A stretch of DNA of 64,000 nt from Octopus vulgaris. Taxonomy: Eukaryota. The notes below the pieces were generated by a model that was not told the origin of the DNA, searched no databases, and saw nothing but the letters and a program-made list of their open reading frames with translations. The DNA lies in NCBI GenBank assembly GCA_951406725.2, contig OX597824.1, positions 69,130,001 to 69,194,000 on the forward strand, given 5' to 3'. Position numbers and translations under genes: made by a program. Positions within the stretch are counted from its first letter, which is position 1. The number at the start of each line of letters is the position of its first letter. Below, one piece after another: positions 27,810-41,708 of the stretch.

Positions 27810-28054
27810 TTTTATGACTCACATGCATACACACATGGATGCATACATGCAAACATTCCTTTACATGTTGGCAGACTGACAATACCACTTCTCCACGCAG
27901 TGGCAGCACACACGTGTGTATCTTTCTCTTCGTGCGGGCGCGCCTGTGTGTTTGCGTGCGTATGTGTGTAAATATTTTACATACTTGTATACGCACACAG
28001 ATACACGTAGATAGATAGATACAGAGACAGGCAGACAGACAGACTTACAGATAA

Positions 28055-28137
<83 letters not shown>

Positions 28138-28479
28138 TACGCATGTGCACATATATCCGTGTGTGCATGTATATACATACAGACGGAGAAGCAAGAAGAG
28201 TAAGGCAGTGCGATACATGTGTCTGTATATATATATATATAGATAGATAGATATATACATACATGTATGTGCGCGCGCGCGCGTGTGTGTGTCTATGTGT
28301 GTTGGGTGTGCCTCTGTGTACGTACGTGCGAGTGTGAGTAAGTTTGCATGTATGTGCGTGTATGTAAGTTTAACAAATACAGAAACATACACACATATAT
28401 AAGCACTACGTACACACACGCAGACACACAAACGCACACACACATATTCGAGTCCTATATGCTAGGTGTATTCAGCGCA

Positions 28480-29005
28480 AAGACACATGGCTCAGTGTTT
28501 AGAGCATCGGGATCACAATCATGAGGTAGTGAGTTCGATTTCCGAACCGGGCTGAGTATTGTATTCTTGAAAATGTCACTTTATTTCTAAAGAATAAAAA
28601 GTTTTGAATGGTACAACAATACACTATAATATATACAATGGTCTATATACCTGTTGTAATTTAGTCTTCTGAAGAAGGATGTGCATTGTTGTGCATTGTT
28701 GTATCATTCAAAATTTTTTATTCTTTATAAACGATACACAATGCTTCAAGCGAACTACAATACTCTCCTAACTTTATTTCACATTGCCCCGGTTCACTGA
28801 TCTGTAGAAGTGAGTTTTGACATCACTGGCGGCAAGCTGAATCAGCTTTTGCCTTTCCCTTGGACAACATGGGTGGCATGGGGTGGCGACGCTTCGGCAA
28901 CTGTTGGTCTTCCATAAAGAAATTTGTCCGGACTTGTGCCTCGGAAGTTAACCTTCTAGGTGCAATCCTATGGTCATTCATGACCGAAGGGAGTTTTTAC
29001 TCTTT
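28480..29005 (+). mobile_element. SINE (family-B-like head) interrupted by a 183-bp insertion with a 10-bp target-site duplication
   Basis: ACTTTATTTC at 28578-28587 and 28771-28780. The SINE body continues with ACATTGCCCCGGTTCACT. Confidence 0.75.
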
Positions 29006-29226
29006 CTTTGTGGAGAAGAAATGTGAAGCACATGTGCATGTGCTTAAGACTTAGCAAACCTGACCCGTCCAAATCAAAACCATAAACGGACAGTAATTTA
29101 TACAAATACAGTTTAAAAGACGTATTCGCCTATTGTAATATATATATGTGGGAGGCTGGGGTTTCCATGATTGTGAGTGTGTATGTGTATGTGTGCATGT
29201 ATATATACAAAACATAGGAGGAGGAA

Positions 29227-29603
29227 GCACTCCGTCTGTTACAACGACGAGGGTTCCGGTTGATCCGATCAACGGAACAGCCTGCTCGTGAAATTAACGT
29301 GTAAGTGGCTGAGCACTCCACAGACACGTGTACCCTTACCGTAGTTCTCGGGGATATTCAGCGTGACACAGAGAGTGACAAGGCCGGCCCTTTGAAATAC
29401 AGGTACAACAGAAACAGGAAGTAAGAGTGAGAGAAAGTTGTGGTGAAAGAGTACATCAGGGATCACCACCATCCCCTGACGGAGCCTCGTGGAGCTTTAG
29501 GTGTTTTCGCTCAATAAACGCTCACAATGCCCGGTCTGGGAATCGAAACCGCGATCCTACGACCGCGAGTCCACTGCCCTAACCACTGGGCCATTGCGCC
29601 TCC
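29227..29603 (-). mobile_element. tRNA-derived SINE (family-B tail, alternative head)
   Basis: 29227-29410 matches 8791-8970; 29415-29603 matches 17725-17870. Confidence 0.85.
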
Positions 29604-30175
29604 ACTATACAAAACATATGTATATGTACACACACACGTATGTGTGTATGTATGTTGGTTATTATCCAGTTTTATTTCAAGATTTCTTGTCAATAGAGAA
29701 AGAGCCGGTTTCTAATCTAGATATCCAAGGTCCTTGATTGGAATTTCAACATCAACAACAGGGTATTTTTGTATGTTTGCATGTATGTATGTATGTATGT
29801 ATGTATGTATGTATGTATGTATGCATATGTGCAAATTTGTATGTTTTGTTTTATGTGTGTCTTCTCATACATATAGTTGCATATCTAGACATGCTCATAT
29901 ATATTTGAATAAGTATGTATGCATGTGTGTATGTATGTGTATGAATGTATCTATGTATGTATACGTGCAGATTTGTACCTTTTGTTTTATGCGTGTATTC
30001 TCATGCATATACTTGCATATCTAGGCATGTTCATATATATATTTGAATGATAAACTTTTGGAAAGTTTTATAGATTTTTACAGTTCCAGTGATACATTGG
30101 ATCTGTATGTATGTATGGATGAAAGCAAGTAAGTTTGTATGCATGTATATGTATATATATATATATATATATACA

Positions 30176-30218
<43 letters not shown>

Positions 30219-30459
30219 GGTGTGTGTGTTCCTTTCTATTATACCAGTCATTGGACAGTGGCTAAGTACTGGGGTATCAACTTGATGGAATATAATCGAA
30301 GACATTTATTGTTAAGTCTCCTACTTAGATGCTGTAAGCTTTCTCCCAATCACTAACAAACGGAGCAGAAACAAACCACGACCGGTTTTTAGGTTGAGCG
30401 GAGGAATTTACAGAAATATACAAACAGACAGAAATTTATCAATCAATGAATCTATCTAT

Positions 30460-30523
<64 letters not shown>

Positions 30524-30553
30524 TTATCTATTAATCAATCAATCAATCAATCA

Positions 30554-30618
<65 letters not shown>

Positions 30619-30802
30619 GATATCTGGGCGGGGAGGGGCGTGTGACCGGCTTCCACAGAGTTTTCATGAACCGAATTTACACACAGGGCATCAATTGGCC
30701 CGGAGCTGGGTGCAGCACAATGGGGCTAAACATGTGAAACCACCTGATTACAAAGCCAGCTTCTTAACACACTGATATATATAAACCTACAAAGATATAT
30801 AT

Positions 30803-30877
<75 letters not shown>

Positions 30878-31021
30878 TATATATTATATATTATATATAT
30901 ATATTATATATATATTATATATATATATACATGTATATACATATATATATACATGTATACATATATGTATATATACATATATATATGCATATATATAAGT
31001 GTGTATATGTATATATGTATG

Positions 31022-31096
<75 letters not shown>

Positions 31097-31208
31097 GCAC
31101 ACATACTCGTTACACGCACATAAGCATATTCACCTACATATGCATTTATTATATAGGAATTAAATCTATATATGACATGTTAGGTTTTTTTCTTTCTGTG
31201 AGTGTTAT

Positions 31209-31273
<65 letters not shown>

Positions 31274-31414
31274 TAAGGAGAGAAATATCAGTAATTATAT
31301 ATTTATATGCTTGTATGTCGAACGTTGGAACAATATATATGCATGCAACATTTAGCGTGTGTTTACATCTGGGGCATGTGGGAGGCGAGCCTTCTCACAT
31401 GCATACATACATAA

Positions 31415-31475
<61 letters not shown>

Positions 31476-31690
31476 TATATATATATAAATACATATATAT
31501 ATATATATATATATACATATATATATAAACATACATATATATATATATACATATATATATGTACATATATATAATACATATGTGTGTATATGTATATATA
31601 TGTATGTATGTATGTACGTATGTACGTATGTATGTATTTATATGTATATACATGACATAATTATATATTTATATACATGTATATATATAT

Positions 31691-33433
31691 CTTCCCTCCC
31701 ACATCCACGATACCAACCATGCTCTCCGGCTTTTCAACTCTTTCTCCTTTCCTCCCGGCTCCTCCAAAATCCTTTTTACTATGGACATCCAAAGCCTCTA
31801 TACTGTTATCCCTCACCACGAAGGACTGCAGGCCCTTCGACACTTTCTTGACCTCCGCTCTAACCCTGTACCTGACACCTCCACACTCATTCGTCTGGCC
31901 GAACTTGTCCTTACTCTGAACTGCTTCTCGTTCGCGGGCGAGTTCTACCATCAGGTCTCGGGAGTGGCCATGGGAACGCGAATGGGCCCCAACTATGCGA
32001 ACCTGTTCGTTGGCTATGTTGAGGCCCAAATATTCTCTACTTTCACTGGTCCCACTCCTGAACTATATGGTCGTTATATTGACGACATTATCGGTGCCAC
32101 CTCACTCTCCCGCGAACATCTAGATTCCTTCCTCTCTTTCGTCCAATCTTTCCATCCAGCCCTCCACTTCACTTCCACTATCTCCAACACCTCTGTCTCC
32201 TTCCTCGACATTTCGGTTAGCATTCTTGACTCCACTCTTACCACCTCCATTCACTACAAACACACAGACTCACACTCATACCTCAACTTCTCTTCCTCCC
32301 ACCCAGAACACACCAAGCTTTCCATCCCCTATTCCCAATTCCTCCGTCTACGTAGGCTCTGTAGTGACGACCATGACTTTGAGACTCAGTCTCAACGTAT
32401 GGCTCACCACTTCACCCTACGTGGATACCCCCTCACCACTATCCACACCGCCCTTGCCAGAGCACGGTCCGTGGACCGTGTATCTGCTCTCTCTCCCCGA
32501 ACCCGCCCTGTAGTCTCCCGCCTCCCTTTTCCCCTCACTTACCACCCCACGACCCTACGTCTCCAACGCACCATTCTTCGAGCTTTCCGTCGTCTCCAGT
32601 CCGACCCGTCCACTTCACACCTCTTCCCTAACCGACCCCTCCCCTCTTTCAAACGAGCCCACAACCTTCGAGACCTTTTGGTCCATAGCTCCTTCCCTGA
32701 CCCTACCTCCCAACCCGGCTCGTTCCCCTGCTCCCGCCCACGTTGCCGCACTTGCCCTTACCTCTCCAACACCACCCGCCTCACTAGCACCCACCATCGA
32801 CCCTATCCCATCATCCACTCCTTCACCTGCACCTCCAGCAATATTATCTATTGCATCTCTTGCTCTCTCTGCAATTCCTTGTACATCGGACAAACGGGAC
32901 GCCGCTTGGCTGACCGGTTCGCGGAACACCTTCGTGACATCCACCTTGCGAACGACACACCGGTCTCACGCCATTTCCGCTCCACCGGTCACTCCTTGCA
33001 ACACCTATCTGTGTTCGGTTTGTCCTTACACAGAGGCCATCCGGATTCCCGTTTGCGCCGTGAACAGGAATTAATCTTCTCTCTTCGCTCTTATACGCCA
33101 TTTGGTCTCAACTCTCCCCCCTCCTCATCTAACCCCCTCTCCCCCTCCTCACCTATCCTTTCTCCCCCCGACCCCCACTTCTTCAGTCCTTCATCCTTTC
33201 ACCCCTACTCCCCTTCCCTTCTTCCCTCTTTCTCCCTCCCTCTTCCTCTTCCCTCTGCTCCCTCACTCCCTCTCTCCCCTTCTCTCTCCCCCTCTCCCTC
33301 TTTCCTCCTTCATCCCTCTCCTCCCCTTCCTTCTCCCCATCCTCTCCTCTTCACCCTCCCCTCCCCCTCTTCTTCCCCTCCCCTTCTCCCCCCTCTTCTC
33401 CCCTCCCCCTCTTCTCCTCACTACACCACATGA
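31691..33433 (+). CDS. Penelope RT + GIY-YIG endonuclease (5'-truncated, no internal stops)
   Basis: RT motifs [53 protein letters not shown]. Cys motif [15 protein letters not shown] region NIIYCISC..C...[14 protein letters not shown]...REQELI..L....PFGLN. The frame is open upstream of the listed ATG (31781) to the truncation point. Confidence 0.95.
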   Translation, partial: LPSHIHDTNHALRLFNSFSFPPGSSKILFTMDIQSLYTVIPHHEGLQALRHFLDLRSNPVPDTSTLIRLAELVLTLNCFSFAGEFYHQVSGVAMGTRMGPNYANLFVGYVEAQIFSTFTGPTPELYGRYIDDIIGATSLSREHLDSFLSFVQSFHPALHFTSTISNTSVSFLDISVSILDSTLTTSIHYKHTDSHSYLNFSSSHPEHTKLSIPYSQFLRLRRLCSDDHDFETQSQRMAHHFTLRGYPLTTIHTALARARSVDRVSALSPRTRPVVSRLPFPLTYHPTTLRLQRTILRAFRRLQSDPSTSHLFPNRPLPSFKRAHNLRDLLVHSSFPDPTSQPGSFPCSRPRCRTCPYLSNTTRLTSTHHRPYPIIHSFTCTSSNIIYCISCSLCNSLYIGQTGRRLADRFAEHLRDIHLANDTPVSRHFRSTGHSLQHLSVFGLSLHRGHPDSRLRREQELIFSLRSYTPFGLNSPPSSSNPLSPSSPILSPPDPHFFSPSSFHPYSPSLLPSFSLPLPLPSAPSLPLSPSLSPSPSFLLHPSPPLPSPHPLLFTLPSPSSSPPLLPPLLPSPSSPHYTT

Positions 33434-33464
33434 CTTTACACATCACATCACATATGATGTGCCA

Positions 33465-33790
33465 TACTAATACACACACCAACTAATACATACTAATACG
33501 TACTAATACATACTAGTACATACTAATACTTACACCAACCCTATACATACACACGTCCAGACCCCGCATACGCACTTATACTCTCTCACACACACACACA
33601 CACACCTATACATACCAATACGTACTAATACATACTAATACATACTAATACATACACCAACCCCATACATACGCACGTCCAGACCAATCCCACGCACTGA
33701 TACTCTCTCATACACACACACACACCCTTATACATACTAATACATACACCAACCCTATACATACACATCCAGACCCCTCCCACGCACTTT
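33465..33790 (+). repeat. ~90-120-bp imperfect minisatellite x3 in the Penelope 3'UTR
   Basis: Recurring TACTAATACATACACCAACCC.ATACATAC.CAC.TCCAGACC at ~33523, ~33643 and ~33735. Confidence 0.85.
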
Positions 33791-33947
33791 TAGCTGGTCC
33801 CTCAACCCTATTATCTCCCCTTATTTCGCTCTCGCGTCTCATGTTTGATCTTTGACCTCTGGCCGAAATCAGATCGCCATGTTGATTCGTTAGCTACTGC
33901 ACGCATTTTTTTCTCTCCTTCTTTCTGTGTTTTTCTCTCTCTGTGTA

Positions 33948-33985
33948 TCTTTCTGTTGAAGAGCGTAGGCTCGAAACGTTAAAGA
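33948..33985 (+). ncRNA. Minimal hammerhead-like motif with loop-less stem III
   Basis: Stem I UCUUU/AAAGA; core CUGUUGA (one change from CUGANGA); stem II GAGC-GUAG-GCUC; GAAACGUU (palindrome AACGUU). Confidence 0.6.
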
Positions 33986-34082
33986 CTTGTTTTATTTATA
34001 TTTCCTGAGCGCCATACTAATACAATTGTTCGTTTGTTTTCCACCTGCCTTCGTCTTTTTTTTATTTTCATAAAGCTTCCCG

Positions 34083-34119
<37 letters not shown>

Positions 34120-34145
34120 CCTATGTGTAAATGCATATACATACA

Positions 34146-34180
<35 letters not shown>

Positions 34181-34337
34181 TATATACGCATATGTACGTG
34201 TATAAATGAATGCATTCATAAACGCGCACGCAACATAACAGAAACACTCAGGTGCGTACATGCAATCATACGCGTAAAGCAAGCATTCGCACGCATGCAC
34301 ATATCTACACACACACACGCTCAAACACACACACACG

Positions 34338-34399
<62 letters not shown>

Positions 34400-36369
34400 C
34401 ACAGCACAACTATTTTTCGATAGACATACGGAATATTTCATCCATAATTCATTGATATTGGTTTACATACTAACATACATATGCATAAATTCATATTTAC
34501 ATACATACATAAAGACATACATACATACATACTTACACGCACATACATACATGTACGCTTACATACGTATGTACCTAGGCACATACGCATATATGCACAC
34601 ATGCCCCATCATGTAATTTCATAGCCAACATATGCACCTAGCTACAGATACATACACAATACAGGCAGCATGTAGGCTCATAGCTGCAGGAATATCATCA
34701 CACAATCACAAGCACATATCCACACACAGATTACTTCACACGAAGTATACATATGGACGCGAACACACACAGACATTTTATGCACGTCTCATACTATCAT
34801 TATTGAGGCAGACAGAAGCGCATATACACACACACAACTACAAACACACACATCAGCTTAGAGACCGATTGAACGAAAAAGAATGACATGAACACACACA
34901 CTCGGGCACACAGATACAGATAAAGAGAAAGAAAGAGATAAGAGAGAGAGCGAGAGAATGAAAGAGCGAGGTGGAGTGTGTTAATGGAAAAGAATATTTC
35001 TAAAGCAGACGACATCTTGGAAGAAGTCATGTGATGTAAAAAGAAGGTGTATCTTTTGGAAAGACACGTCTCCATTTCGTGGAATGTGTCTGCCTTCTCT
35101 CCTCCTACAGTTTGGAGAGAGACGCCTTTATTGATTGCACGTACATGGCTCTTGCTAGTGGAGATGGTGGTGTCGGTGTCGGCGTTGGTTCGTGTGATGG
35201 TGAAGGTAGTACATTTTATGATGTGGTGGTACTGGTGTTGGTAGTAGAGGTGGAGGAGGGGTAGTGTTGAACTGCCGGTTTGTGTAGCTGGTAATGGCGG
35301 CGGCGGTGGAGGTGAAGATGGTAGTGGTGTGTGTTTTGCTCCATCTTGGTTTTTAAATGCTGCCTTTCTTGTTGTTGTTGTTGTTAGTGGTGGTGGTAGT
35401 GATGGTGATGGTGATGATGTTTGTTATTTTTGCTCTTGTATTTTGTTTTTCTTTATGGTTTTTTTTTTGCTACTTGCTTATACATTATTGTTGCAAGTGC
35501 TGCTGGTCTCGTTGTTGTTGTTATTATTGCTGTCCTTGTCCTTTATTATTTTTGTTGTTATTATTATTATTATTGTTTTTTTTATGTCTTGTCTTCGCTC
35601 CTGTTGCTGCTGCTGCTGCTGTTGTTCCTGCTCTTCCCGCTGTTGCTGTTGTTGTTGTTGTTGTTGCTCGTTTTCGCCTTTGTTGTTGCTCTTGTCTTCG
35701 CTTTTGTTGTTGTTATACACTTAGTGTTGTAAATTCTATTTTATTTCTTTATTTCCGTGTGTGTGTGTGTGTGTGTATGTGTGTGTGTGTATGTGTGTGT
35801 GTGTGTGTGTATGTGTGTGTGTGTGGTTGATATTTTTGTCTTATCACCACTCTTGATGTTATTATTCTTGTTGTTGTTAACGTTTTAGTACTGTTGCATT
35901 TTCCATCTCGCATCTACTGTTGTTGTTGTTGTTGTTGTACAAGCTACTGTTTTAGTTGTGGCTTTTGCTGTTGTTGTTGTTGTTGTACACGCAGTGTTGT
36001 AGTGCATAGTTTTATACGGAATGTTGTTATTGCAATTCTTGTTGTTGTTGTTAGCTGCTTCTTGCTGTTGTTGTTGTAGTTAACATTTATTGCTGTTATT
36101 TTGTAGTTCTAAGTATAAACCCCAGGTCATTCCTGATTAAGGAGGACTGCAACCGAAGACATTCCATCCATGACCACCCCTTCTTTTTACTTATCTATTA
36201 GGGAGTTCATCATCTAACGTCTCGTCCTTCTTTTCTCTTCTCGATACTGTCTGGTATTACTTGAGGGAGAATTGGGCTGCCATTTTCAAAACAGTGTTCT
36301 ACCACATAGGGGATCTTTCATACTCTTGCAGTCGTTGTTGTTGGCTCTTTCTGCAGTGTTGTATCATTG

Positions 36370-36443
<74 letters not shown>

Positions 36444-37215
36444 TGTTGTTGTTGTTTTAATTAACGCATTCAATTGTTTTTGTTTTTTTGTTGTTGTGCA
36501 GCTTCCGTCACTGCATTTGTTTCAGCCGTTGCATTTATTTCTGCAGTTGCTGTTGTTGTTATTGTTCGTTTTGCTGCTGTTTCTGCAGTTCACTTGATGC
36601 ATTCGTTCTCTAGTGCAACTGTTGCTAATTCTGGCTGCGGCCGTATTTGTGAACTATTGTTGTTGGTGTTGTTGCTAACATTTCGCAGTTGTTGTTCCTA
36701 ATTTAGTGCAGTGGTTTTTATTAACATATTGCCGTTGTTGTTGTTGTTGTTGTAGTTGTTGTTGTTGCTGCTGGTGCAGCTATTGCATGTATTTCACATG
36801 CAATAATTTTTGTTGTTGCATTTTTTTATCGTGGTGCTGTTGCTATTGTTGTTGTTGTTGATATTGATTTTGTTGTTGCTATTCTTGCAGTGGATGTTGT
36901 TTCTACTTCTACCCTTGTTGAAACGATTGTTGCATTTGATAATATAAATATTTCTATAACTGTTGTTGTGGAGGCACAGTTTTTATTGTTGCTTGTGTTA
37001 ATGGTGTCGCTGTCAAGCTGTTGAGCTTCCAGAATCATCGGACAAAATGCTCAGTGACATTTCCTTCGGCTTTTTACATTCTGGGTTCAAACATCGCCAT
37101 CTTTGCTTTTAAATCTTTTGAGGTCGGCAAACATAAGTACAAGTCGACCACTGGAGTCGATATAATCAACTACCCCAACAACCCAATTTCAGGCCTTGTG
37201 CCTGTAAAGGATAGG

Positions 37216-37275
<60 letters not shown>

Positions 37276-37276
37276 G

Positions 37277-37681
37277 AGTGAGAGAGCAGTGCATGCCATC
37301 AAAGTGACACTAGGGTAAAATATTCGAAGCCCAGTATACCCATCATGACTACCCGTCTGATAAGGGTACACTAGGCACATGCACCACAACCATATATGCG
37401 CGACATGGTGATCTCATATCAAGATAAACAGCACATGACCTTGTAGGTGGGGCCCATTTAGAATTTTCTTTAGGTCGAGTAGCCCATCCCGCTCAAAAGG
37501 TCCCTGAATAAGGATTGTTTAAGGATGTTGAACGAAACACCCATGTTTCCAGATGTGAATTATTCAAACCCCAAACAATCCCTCTCAACACATGGCTATG
37601 ATGCTCCCCCACTACTTCTGCTCGTGATCAGAGATGTACATATCATCAGCCACTAAAGGACATGCCCAACCGGTAAAGGTC
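37277..37681 (-). mobile_element. Truncated copy of a non-coding (TAA)n-embedded element
   Basis: Closely similar to 37781-~38185, with the same left end; (TTA)n on both sides. Confidence 0.85.
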
Positions 37682-37697
37682 TATTATTATCATTATC

Positions 37698-37780
<83 letters not shown>

Positions 37781-37781
<1 letters not shown>

Positions 37782-38334
37782 GTGAGAGAGCAGTTCATGC
37801 CATCAAAGTGACACTGGGGTAAAATATAAGAAGCCCAATATACCCATCATGACTACCCGTCTGATAAGGGTACACCAGGCACATGCATCACAACCACATG
37901 TGCGCGACATGGTGATCTCATATCAAGATAAACAGCACATGACCTTGCAGGTGGGGCCCAGTTAGAATTGTCTTCAAGTTGAGTAGCCCATCCCGCTCAA
38001 AAGGTCCCTGAATAAGGGTTGTTTAAGGATGTTGAAAGAACCACCCATGTTTCCAGAGGTGAATTATTCAAACCCCAAAGAATCCCTCTCAACACATGGC
38101 TATGATGCTCCCCCACTACTTCTGCTCGTGATCAGAGATGCACATATCGTCAGCCACAAAGGGACATGCTCAACTGGTTAAGGTCAAACAACTGACAAGC
38201 AAATCTGTGGTATTGAGCAGAATATTTGCTCTAGCCCATCTTTTATACCAAGACAAAACAATGTACATGATAACACTTCCAATCAGTTAAGATCAGGGGC
38301 CATGAGAGCCACTGCCTGGTATCGCATCAGGGCA
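37781..38334 (-). mobile_element. 554-bp non-coding (TAA)n-embedded element (longer copy)
   Basis: (TTA)n at 37700-37780 and 38335-38362; no recognisable protein. Strand inferred from the shared left end and variable right end. Confidence 0.8.
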
Positions 38335-38365
38335 ATTATTATTATTATTATTATTATTATTATCA

Positions 38366-39544
38366 TTCAGTAGTTTTATTTTTATAGCGTGCTTTCACTT
38401 CACTACCGAGCGCAGCTCTGTGTGCCTTGGGTATGTGCTGTGATTTGTTGTGATGCTCTGATGGTTATTGTATGGAAAGTGTTCTGCGTAGGATGTGTGC
38501 AGTGCCTAGTAGTGCAATTTTCTGTATGTTATATGTGTTTGTAAGTCCTGGTGTTTTTGTTATGTATTTGTCTGAATATTTTTTTATCATGCCTAATGCA
38601 CCTACTATGATAGGAATTGTTTCTGTTTTCAGATTCCACATTCTAGTTACCTCTATTTCCAGGTCTTTGTATTTTGAGAGTTTCTCCATTTCTTTTAGAG
38701 ACACGTTGTCATCTGCCGGTATTGATACATCAATTAGAAAGCATTTTTTTTCTTCATGATCTCTGACAACTATATCTGGTCTGTTGGCCTTAATTTCTCT
38801 ATCTGTGTGTATCGACATATCCCAGAGTATGGTTGCTTTCTCGTTTTCTGTGACCTTTTCTGGTGTGTGCCTATACCATCTTCTTTCTGTTGTTATTCCA
38901 TAATGTTGGCATAGCTTCCAATGTATGTAGGTTCCAACTCTGTCATGTCTGTGAATATATTCCTTCTTAGCCAGGACTGGGCAGCTAGAGATAATATGAT
39001 TTATTGTTTCTTGTCCATCTCCACATATTCTGCAGTTACTTGTAATATTTCTTTTCATTACATGTTTTTGGTAATTTCTGGTGGGGAGGCTTTGGTCTTG
39101 TGCTGCAATTAAAAATCCCTCTGTTTCTGCTTTGAGTCCTGAGCTTCTCAACCATTGCTGGGATTTTTCTTTGTCTATTTCTTTTGCGTTTAGTTTAGTG
39201 CAGTATTTACCATGAAGGGGCTTTTCTCTTTTCTTACCATCGTTTTATCATGGTTCGTTGCTGTTCTATTTTTAGTTTGGATTTCATTTGTTTTATAGCT
39301 TTTGTTGTTTCTTCATCATCTTCTTCTTTTTCGTGTTTATTAGGTGGTATGATTTCTTGTTTGTATTTGTCAGCTTCCTTAAATACTGAGAACAGTTTTT
39401 TGTTTTGCTCGTGTTTTGCTGCTATCTGGATCAGTTTTCCTTCCTTCTGAAGAAGGTATTTTTGCAGTCCTATGGTGGTTTTTTTATAGTAGTTTTCCAG
39501 CTGTATAAGGCCTCTACCACCTTCTATACGTTGTATATATAGTC

Positions 39545-39545
<1 letters not shown>
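38366..39545 (-). mobile_element. 5'-truncated R4/Dong-clade non-LTR retrotransposon (RT thumb, CCHC knuckle, REL endonuclease, 3'UTR)
   Basis: RLYIQRIEGGRGL; frameshift at ~39230; LKAETEGFLIAAQDQ; CRICGDGQETINHIISSC; RHD; NRPDIV...IDVSIP...KLSKYKDL; LLGTAHILRRTLSIQ* (stop at 38465). (TTA)n arrays on both sides. Confidence 0.95.
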
Positions 39546-39622
<77 letters not shown>

Positions 39623-40257
39623 TTAAGGCGGTGAACTGGCTCAATCGTTAGCACTTCGATCAAGCTATTTAGCGATATTTCTTCTGTCTTTACGTTCTGA
39701 ATTCAAATTCCGCCGTTGTCAACTTGCCTTTCATTCTTCCAAGATAGATGAAATAAATACCGGTTATTCACTGGGGTCGATATAATAGACTCCCCCACCT
39801 TTTACAACAGCTGCCCTTGTGGTGGCAAAACAAGAAAATATTATCATTACTACTACTAAAGCGGCTGACAGAATCGTTAGCACGCCTGGCAAAATGGTTT
39901 CATTTGCCTATACGTTCTACGTTCAAGTTCCGCCGTGGTCGAATTTGTCTTTCATTTCCTTCAGGATGCCCAAAAAATGTACCAGCTACGCACTGAAGCC
40001 GATATAAACGACTAGGCGCTCCCAAGCAAAGATTGCAGGCCTTGTGCCTTTAGTGGAAAGGATTATTACTAAGGCGGCGAGAAGGAAAAAATGTTACCAC
40101 GCCGGGCGAAATGCTTGACCACAATCCGTCTGTGTTTATATTCTGAGCGTAAATTAAGTCGCTGTCGACTTTGCCTTTCATCCTTTCGCGGATTATAATA
40201 CAAGTACAAGGCATGTGCTGCGACCGTAGTAACAGACATATCCACTCCGAAGAAGCT

Positions 40258-40475
40258 CTTTTACTCTTTTACTCTTTTACTTGTCTCAATCATTTGACTG
40301 TGGCCGTGCTAGAGCACCGCCTTTAGCCGAGCAAATCGAGTCCAGGACTTATTCTTTGTAAGCCTAGTACTGATTCTATCGGTCTCTTTTGCCGAACCGC
40401 TAAGTTACGGGGACGTAAACACACCAGCATCGGTTGTCAAGCGATGTTGAGGGGACAAACACAGACACACAACAT

Positions 40476-40570
<95 letters not shown>

Positions 40571-40723
40571 TACGACGGGATTCTTTCAGTTTCCGTCTAC
40601 CAAACAAATCCACTCACAAGGCTTTGGTTGTCCCGAGGCTGTAGTAGAAGACACTTGCCCCAGGTGCGACGCAGTGGGACCGAACCCGGAACCATGTGGT
40701 TCCTAAGCAAGCTACTTACCACA
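40258..40723 (-). mobile_element. SINE family A, near full length
   Basis: (TTTTACTC)n tail, internal (CA)/(TA) repeat, tRNA-like head. Confidence 0.9.
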
Positions 40724-41603
40724 CAAAAATAAGAAACGATTATCATTGTAATAGTCTTGTTGCACTTTAAGGTGGTGCGTAGCTGCTCCATGTTTTCTAC
40801 TACATGCAGCAGTTCGTGTGCATCGATTGCCGCGAGAGAAATTTCGTTGTTGTTTCTAGTAAACCCGAACAACCACATCCTTATTTGCTGGTTTCCTCGT
40901 AAGCTGATATCATATTCTACTTTTTATTGTTGTTGTCGCTTAGCCCATGGCTAACCCTGATCAAAACACCTATAATTAAAGGCAACTCATCTATAACCAT
41001 CCTTTCTTTCACGAGTTCCCTACACCCGGAACTTCATTATTTTACATGTCATCCTTTGCTACAGAGAGGGTTTGTTGGCTATTATTTCTAGCCTCTCGGA
41101 CGATTACCATATGCAGTATGTCTAACAGATTGTAGTTAGAGTAGAGCTAGTGTTACTCTCGTTGCTGCTCAATAATTGCTATATTGCTTAATACAGAGGC
41201 TTGCAAGCAATGCTGTCGTTGTGCAGCTGGTGTTGTTGTCATGCAATTTATGTCACAGAGTTGATGTAGTGCATTTACTGTTTATCAGATGCAGTATTAA
41301 ATTTAAAGTAGCGTAGTTATTTTCATGCTGTGGTGTCAGGCATTCGCTTCAAAAGAGTTGCTTTCGTACAGTTTAAATAGTGCAGTTGTAACTGTTCAGT
41401 TTTAGAGATTAGGCGTTTCAGTGCATCTGCTGCAGCAAAGGGGTCAAGCCGTTGTAGATGACATATTATATGCTGTTGGTATGCACTTATTTTGCCTTTC
41501 ATCTATTCGGGGTCGATAAATTAAGTACCAGTGAAACACTGGGTCTATGTAATCGACTATTCCCCTCCCCAAAATTTGAGGCCTCATGCCTATAATAGAA
41601 AAG

Positions 41604-41708
<105 letters not shown>

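Larger units (their letters stand above)
31691..34083 (+). mobile_element. 5'-truncated Penelope-like element (Neptune-type) inserted in (TA)n
   Basis: The coding frame starts abruptly after (AT)n at 31691. It is followed by a polypyrimidine tract, a 3x minisatellite, a hammerhead-like motif and a T-rich tail ending at (TA)n. Confidence 0.93.

Noticed and set aside
35090-35150. Good-looking splice acceptor CTGCCTTCTCTCCTCCTACAG
   Set aside because: No recognisable coding sequence or strong donor follows; it cannot be supported without RNA-seq.
40597-40878. Minus-strand ORF with AHELLH (HEXXH-like metalloprotease motif)
   Set aside because: No third ligand or other context, no credible splice sites, and the ORF runs into a SINE; probably chance.
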